A stretch of DNA of 64,000 bases, taken from assembly GCA_965279035.1 (NCBI GenBank), contig OZ257142.1, forward strand, positions 1,408,001 to 1,472,000, read 5' to 3'. Under the pieces are notes generated by a model. It was not told the DNA's origin, searched no databases, and was given only the letters and a program-made list of their open reading frames with translations. Source of the stretch: Bacteroidia bacterium (GTDB lineage Bacteria > Bacteroidota > Bacteroidia > M30B66). How positions within the stretch are numbered: position 1 is the first letter of the stretch; each line of letters opens with the position of its first letter. Shown piece by piece: positions 59,230-64,000 of the stretch. The translations under genes and the position numbers were made by a program.

Positions 59230-59577
59230 ATGAATTTCAGGTTGTTGCGGACAAGTCTGTTTCTCACTACATTCTTTTTATTACGATTTGGCTTTATTCA
59301 AGCCGGAGGATATTTTCATCCTACCAATGTCCCTGTTCAATCTATTCATGCAGCACAGCCTCTTTCGCACGATATTGTTTGTCTTCCGATTGAAATTACC
59401 GAGGACAATGAAATAACCGAAGCGCGCAAACGGGTTTTATCAGGTCATCAAGCTATATTATTAGCTTTTGAGTTATTTATTTCAACTCAAAATTTATTTG
59501 TTCGTTCAGTTCAACTCAACAACCCAGAAATTCCAGCATTTCCTAAATGGTTGTTGTTACGTGTTTTTCGAATTTGA
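59230..59577 (+). CDS. Hypothetical leader-type protein ending ...LLRVFRI
   Basis: Signal-like N-terminus, acidic EITEDNE core, C-terminal RVFRI; sits directly behind a promoter element. Confidence 0.6.
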   Translation: MNFRLLRTSLFLTTFFLLRFGFIQAGGYFHPTNVPVQSIHAAQPLSHDIVCLPIEITEDNEITEARKRVLSGHQAILLAFELFISTQNLFVRSVQLNNPEIPAFPKWLLLRVFRI

Positions 59578-59586
59578 AAACACCTC

Positions 59587-59760
59587 GATCATACTGATCT
59601 AATTTCTATTTTTCCCAGTATTGGCGACTCATGTGGAATTCTTATTTCCAATTTCATGAGTATGATTGATTTCCTCTAAATCATTTCCAATTCAATACTG
59701 ATCATTCAGCCTTTCAGGCAATCCCTTTTCATTATTCATCCCGATACTTTTTCGGGTTTT
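59587..59760 (+). promoter_or_regulatory. Candidate structured cis-regulatory RNA / attenuator upstream of the SulP gene
   Basis: Nested helices 59616-59623/59693-59700, 59627-59638/59646-59661 and 59662-59667/59679-59684; terminal hairpin CCCGA..TCGGG plus TTTT at 59740-59760. Confidence 0.4.
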
Positions 59761-59774
59761 AAATAAAAGTACCC

Positions 59775-61478
59775 ATGGATTCAACTTCATTGAAAAAATC
59801 TAATTCTATTTTCTCCACCTTGAAACAGTATTGGAAATCTGATTTATTATCTGGATTCCTTGTTTCACTTATTGCGCTTCCTTTGTGTTTAGGAATCGCA
59901 GGAGCCTCAAATTTCCCACCTATTATGGGTGTATTGACTGCCATTGTTGGTGGTATTATTGTCGCATTTTTTGCAGGTTCAGAATTAACAATTAAAGGTC
60001 CAGCAGCTGGATTAATTGTTATCTGTGCTGGATGTGTTGACGAATTAGGAAACGCAGCAGCCAAACTCGGACTTAATTTAGGCTATGATCCAGCAACACT
60101 TGTCAAAGCAGCTGCTGAAATGAAAATGCCTGTTGAACAATTTTTAGGCTGGCACCTTACCTTAGGAGTTGTTCTTGTTGCTGGTGTTCTTCAATTCATT
60201 TTAGGAAAATTAAAAGTAGCTAGCCTCGCAGATTTCTTCCCTCTTTCTGCTGTTCACGGAATGCTTGCTGCAATTGGAATTATCATTATGTCGAAACAAT
60301 TGCACCTTGCAGTTGGAATTATGCCCTCTGAATTAAAGGGAAAAGAACCATTGGAATTACTTATGATGGTTCCTCATAGCTTAATGAATATGGAATGGCA
60401 CATAGCTGCTATTGGTGGAGTTGGTTTAATCATACTATTTAGTTGGAAATACATCGGAAAAGGTTTCTTGAAAAAAGTTCCTCCTGCGCTTGTAGTTTTG
60501 GTTGTGGCAGTTATTATGGGACAGTTTTTTCATCTTTATGATCCAATCTATCAAGCAAGAAAACCACTTGTAAATCCGGGTGATTTCAAAATCAATTTGA
60601 ATGTTGATTTTAGTGGACTATTAAATCCAGAATTGATTGCAATTTTTCTCAAGTATTTGTTAATGTTCACCTTGATTGGATCTTTAGAATCACTTCTCAC
60701 TGGAAAAGCAATCGATTTATTAGATCCTCATAAAGTGAAGTCTGACTTAAGTAAAGATCTATCGGCTGTTGGTATTGGCAATGCTGTTTCTGGATTACTT
60801 GGAGGATTACCAATGATCTCCGAAGTAGCACGTAGTTCGGCCAATATCAGTAATGGAGGTAGAAGTCGTTGGGCTAATTTCTTTCATGCTCTTTTCCTTT
60901 TGCTTTTTGTTGTTGCATTAGTGCCTTTGATTAAAATGGTTCCTGTTGCCGCTCTTTCGGCCATGCTCATCTTTGTTGGTTTCCGTTTAGCTTCTCCTAA
61001 AGAATTCGAACATGTTTTTCATGTTGGGAAAGAACAGCTTATCATTTTCATCTCAACCATTATCGCAACACTTCTTACCGATTTGTTGATTGGAATTGCA
61101 GTTGGTATTATTGTGAAATTCATCATTCACTCAATTAATGGTGTGCCGGCTTCCAGCTTCTTTAAGCCTTTTCTCACCATGCATGTGGATGAAGTCAATG
61201 GGATTTATTCAATTGAAGTTCAAAAATCAGCGATCTTCAGTAATTTCCTAGGTTTCAAAAAACAATTAGAGAGAATTCCTGCTGGAAAACACATCATCAT
61301 CAACTTTGAACAAACGCGTTTAGTCGACCACAGTGTGATGGAAAATCTGCACAATTTCGAAAATGCCTATGTGCGTGGTGGTGGAACTTTCGTAATTACT
61401 GGTCTTGATGGACATACACCGCTTTCGAAACATGCTTTAGCTTCACGTAAAAAAGCTGCTTTTAAAACTGTAATCTAG
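59775..61478 (+). CDS. SulP/SLC26 family inorganic anion (probably bicarbonate) transporter
   Basis: DLLSGFLVSLIALPLCLGIA, TIKGPAAGL, IGSLESLL, GGLPMISEVARSSAN, STAS-like C-terminus. Confidence 0.93.
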   Translation: MDSTSLKKSNSIFSTLKQYWKSDLLSGFLVSLIALPLCLGIAGASNFPPIMGVLTAIVGGIIVAFFAGSELTIKGPAAGLIVICAGCVDELGNAAAKLGLNLGYDPATLVKAAAEMKMPVEQFLGWHLTLGVVLVAGVLQFILGKLKVASLADFFPLSAVHGMLAAIGIIIMSKQLHLAVGIMPSELKGKEPLELLMMVPHSLMNMEWHIAAIGGVGLIILFSWKYIGKGFLKKVPPALVVLVVAVIMGQFFHLYDPIYQARKPLVNPGDFKINLNVDFSGLLNPELIAIFLKYLLMFTLIGSLESLLTGKAIDLLDPHKVKSDLSKDLSAVGIGNAVSGLLGGLPMISEVARSSANISNGGRSRWANFFHALFLLLFVVALVPLIKMVPVAALSAMLIFVGFRLASPKEFEHVFHVGKEQLIIFISTIIATLLTDLLIGIAVGIIVKFIIHSINGVPASSFFKPFLTMHVDEVNGIYSIEVQKSAIFSNFLGFKKQLERIPAGKHIIINFEQTRLVDHSVMENLHNFENAYVRGGGTFVITGLDGHTPLSKHALASRKKAAFKTVI

Positions 61479-61486
61479 AAATAATC

Positions 61487-62818
61487 ATGAAAAAATTTCT
61501 TTTTCTCTTGTCTGCAATTGTGTGGACGGTTTCGGTTATGGGGCAAATGGATCCTTCGAATGGAACCGGAAGCACATTAAAGCTGAATGAAGATGGTAGT
61601 CATTACCTGAAGTTTACATTAACCAATCAAGTTTGGGCACGCTATAATCAAAGTAATCCAGGTACTACGGTAGAAGGAACACCGAAATCAGAAACATTCG
61701 ACATAGGAATACGCCGTAGCCGGATTCAAATGTATGGTGCTATAAATAAACGCTCTTTTATTTATGTTCAAATGGGGATGAATAATTTCAATCACCTGAG
61801 CGACCGAAAAGTAGGTTTCTTTTTTCACGATGCTATTGCTGAATATTCTATTGTAAAGGATAAGTTGAGCATCGGTGGTGGCTTAACCAATTGGGTTGGA
61901 CTTTCTCGCTTATCCAATGCAAGTGTTGTTACTTTCCTGCCTATGGATAGCCCTATTTTTCCTTTTGCAACAATCGATGCAACGGATCAATTTAATCGTA
62001 AACTCAGTTTATATGCAAAGGGGAAACTCGGCAAGTTGGATTATCGCTTAGCTGTTACCGATCCAATGAATATTGAGAAATCAACTTTGTACGATCCTAC
62101 CAAAGCTATATCGTCCTATTCTTCCTTTGCTCCCGGAGCTGCGAATAAGCAATTTCAAGGGTATTTAATGTGGCAATTTTGGGATCAAGAAAGTAATCTA
62201 ACTCCCTATACCGTTGGTTCTTATTTAGGAGCAAAACGAGTGTTTAATATTGGAGCTGGTTATATTTTCCAACATAATGCGATGTGGAGAAAAACAGGGC
62301 CTTCTGATACAGTGAAAACCGATATGGCTCTTTTAGGTGGCGATGTTTTTTTAGATATGCCATTACGCAAAGAAGCTGGTGATGCAATTACTGCTTATGC
62401 TTCGGTATACAGCAATAACTACGGAACGGGCTATTTAAGAAACAATGGGGTAATGAATCCTGCAACGGGAACTGTAGCTTCTCAAGCATCATTTAATGGA
62501 GCTGGAAATGCATTTCCGTTATTTGGAACCGGAACAGTCTACTATACTCAAATAGGATATCTGTTAGGAAAAGGTTGGACTAATCCAGAAAAACTGCGTA
62601 TTCAACCCTATTTTTGTTACATGCTGGGCGATTATAGTCGTTTAAGCAAACCGATGCAAATGACCAATGCGGGTATTAATTTCTTCCTCAATAACCACAA
62701 CACGAAAATCACACTCGACTGGCAACAACGTCCCATTTACATGAATGCGGTATCAGGACCTTTACCATTTAATGGCAGGAGAAATTGTGTTACGCTTCAA
62801 TTTCAAGTGGCTATTTAA
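61487..62818 (+). CDS. Outer-membrane beta-barrel / porin-like protein
   Basis: Signal peptide; FDIGIRRSRIQMYG (porin O/P-like first strands); alternating beta pattern; C-terminal strand TLQFQVAI. Confidence 0.72.
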   Translation: MKKFLFLLSAIVWTVSVMGQMDPSNGTGSTLKLNEDGSHYLKFTLTNQVWARYNQSNPGTTVEGTPKSETFDIGIRRSRIQMYGAINKRSFIYVQMGMNNFNHLSDRKVGFFFHDAIAEYSIVKDKLSIGGGLTNWVGLSRLSNASVVTFLPMDSPIFPFATIDATDQFNRKLSLYAKGKLGKLDYRLAVTDPMNIEKSTLYDPTKAISSYSSFAPGAANKQFQGYLMWQFWDQESNLTPYTVGSYLGAKRVFNIGAGYIFQHNAMWRKTGPSDTVKTDMALLGGDVFLDMPLRKEAGDAITAYASVYSNNYGTGYLRNNGVMNPATGTVASQASFNGAGNAFPLFGTGTVYYTQIGYLLGKGWTNPEKLRIQPYFCYMLGDYSRLSKPMQMTNAGINFFLNNHNTKITLDWQQRPIYMNAVSGPLPFNGRRNCVTLQFQVAI

Positions 62819-62842
62819 TTCAATGATTTGATTTCAATTCCA

Positions 62843-64000
62843 ATGAAAAAAGAATATTCTTCATTCGATGAGCACCGGGTGCTTCACGATTTGAAGCATT
62901 ACTTGCCCGCTCAGGCACCGCTTAAAGATTTCATCCACCACAATACCTTGCATGCATTTCAAGACCGCAAATTCCACGCGGCTATTCGAAGTGCATCCGA
63001 AATGTTTGGTTACCGAGTTTCCCTTAAACTGGAAGAGTACCATGAGCTTTATTCACAAAAACAAGTACGAGAAGACGTTCTTGAACATGTGATTGCTCGT
63101 CGTATGGGTGAATCGAATGTTCAAAAATGGAAAGATCGTATGCTAAATAAAGAGTACGATACAACTGTTTCTCCTCGTATTGGTAAGTTGCGCGCCAATT
63201 GGAAAAAACAATTTCAGATTGATCTCGACTCCCAAGTTCATCCAACGCTCTTTCGAATTCTTTGCAGCTATCTAGATCAGGGGATTTCAATGTGGCATTT
63301 TCCTGTGTGGGATAAAGGATTCCTTTCCTCTATTCGGGAAATTGAACGAAACAGCTACACCAGTTTTTTCAAAACATCACGTGCCAGAGATATACTCATG
63401 AAAGGGCATTGCTCGGTGAAGCATTTACTGGATATACTCGTGGGTGATGAATCTCTGTATGAACAATATCTTTTCGACCAACAGTTCGCTCATCAAGGAT
63501 GGTCGGGAATGGTATCGGCTGTAGAAACGGATCCAGGAACCTTATTAGATCACAAGAAAATCTCTCTTCATGATCTAATCATCTTCGAATTGATGATGGA
63601 GATTGATACGATTGATCAACATTTTGGTGAGAAATGGGAACCTCTCGCTAAAAAACTACAAGGCGATACTGTTGATTTATTTGCTTCCGTTCCTGACTCT
63701 GAACTCAGCGAGGTCTTTATTCTTTGGCAAGAAGCTTTCGAATGGACTTATTATGATGAAGTATTGAAGGGTATTGAACTTCAATCATTCAAACCAGAGA
63801 AAATAAAACCGCATAGTTTCCAAGCATTTTTCTGTATTGATGATCGGGAATGTTCTATTCGCAGACACCTTGAACATGCCGATCCAGAATGTGAAACGTT
63901 TGGTACTCCGGGATTTTTCGGTGTTGAATTTTATTACAAACCAGAACATGGAAGGTTTCACACCAAACTTTGTCCTGCTCCAGTAACTCCAAAATACTTA
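62843..64000 (+). CDS. dabA: Probable inorganic carbon transporter subunit DabA (DUF2309/UPF0753), 3'-truncated by the window edge; missing from the ORF track
   Basis: Hand translation: MKKEYSSFDEHRVLHDLKHYLPAQAPLKDFIHHNTLHAFQ ... YLDQG ... FQAFFCIDDRECSIRRHLE ... TFGTPGFFGV ... KLCPAPVTPKYL. CxD Zn motif starts at 63833, in frame. Confidence 0.9.
   Translation, partial: MKKEYSSFDEHRVLHDLKHYLPAQAPLKDFIHHNTLHAFQDRKFHAAIRSASEMFGYRVSLKLEEYHELYSQKQVREDVLEHVIARRMGESNVQKWKDRMLNKEYDTTVSPRIGKLRANWKKQFQIDLDSQVHPTLFRILCSYLDQGISMWHFPVWDKGFLSSIREIERNSYTSFFKTSRARDILMKGHCSVKHLLDILVGDESLYEQYLFDQQFAHQGWSGMVSAVETDPGTLLDHKKISLHDLIIFELMMEIDTIDQHFGEKWEPLAKKLQGDTVDLFASVPDSELSEVFILWQEAFEWTYYDEVLKGIELQSFKPEKIKPHSFQAFFCIDDRECSIRRHLEHADPECETFGTPGFFGVEFYYKPEHGRFHTKLCPAPVTPKYL

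Noticed and set aside
62861-63290. Two minus-strand ORFs in the track
   Set aside because: They are antisense to the open, motif-bearing dabA frame starting at 62843.

Overview
64-kb chromosomal window from a Bacteroidota bacterium, judged from T9SS C-terminal sorting domains, TAnnTTTG -7 promoters and typical Bacteroidota gene families. About 1-44 kb is core and envelope genes: sensor kinase (partial), HlyIII/TrhA protein, lhgO, a 1045-aa Ala/Glu/Lys-rich rod protein, a transaldolase-CBS fusion, M61 peptidase, PafA-type phosphatase, several T9SS cargo proteins (including a vanadium haloperoxidase-like enzyme), rarA, proline dehydrogenase, aroB/aroA, a cold-shock protein, a TetR-TolC-MFP-RND efflux operon and prolyl oligopeptidase. 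At 44.5-45.1 kb a small GIY-YIG nuclease gene, missing from the ORF track because of one internal TAA, lies between two direct-repeat REP-like blocks carrying 21-bp tandem units. A visibly AT-richer stress/signalling block follows (45-55 kb), then a PD40-amidohydrolase. The window ends in a probable inorganic-carbon uptake operon: leader ORF, structured 5' region, SulP, outer-membrane porin and dabA (runs off the end, also missing from the track). Main leads: (1) the GIY-YIG/REP element; (2) a candidate leader-peptide/RNA switch and a porin in the SulP-DabA operon; (3) a transaldolase-CBS fusion lacking its Schiff-base lysine; (4) a Ser-less ACP-like ORF and three TetR-type palindromes in the efflux operon; (5) an HlyIII-HicB-like fusion. 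No rRNA, tRNA, CRISPR array or integrase was seen. All family calls are by-eye motif recognition, not database searches.
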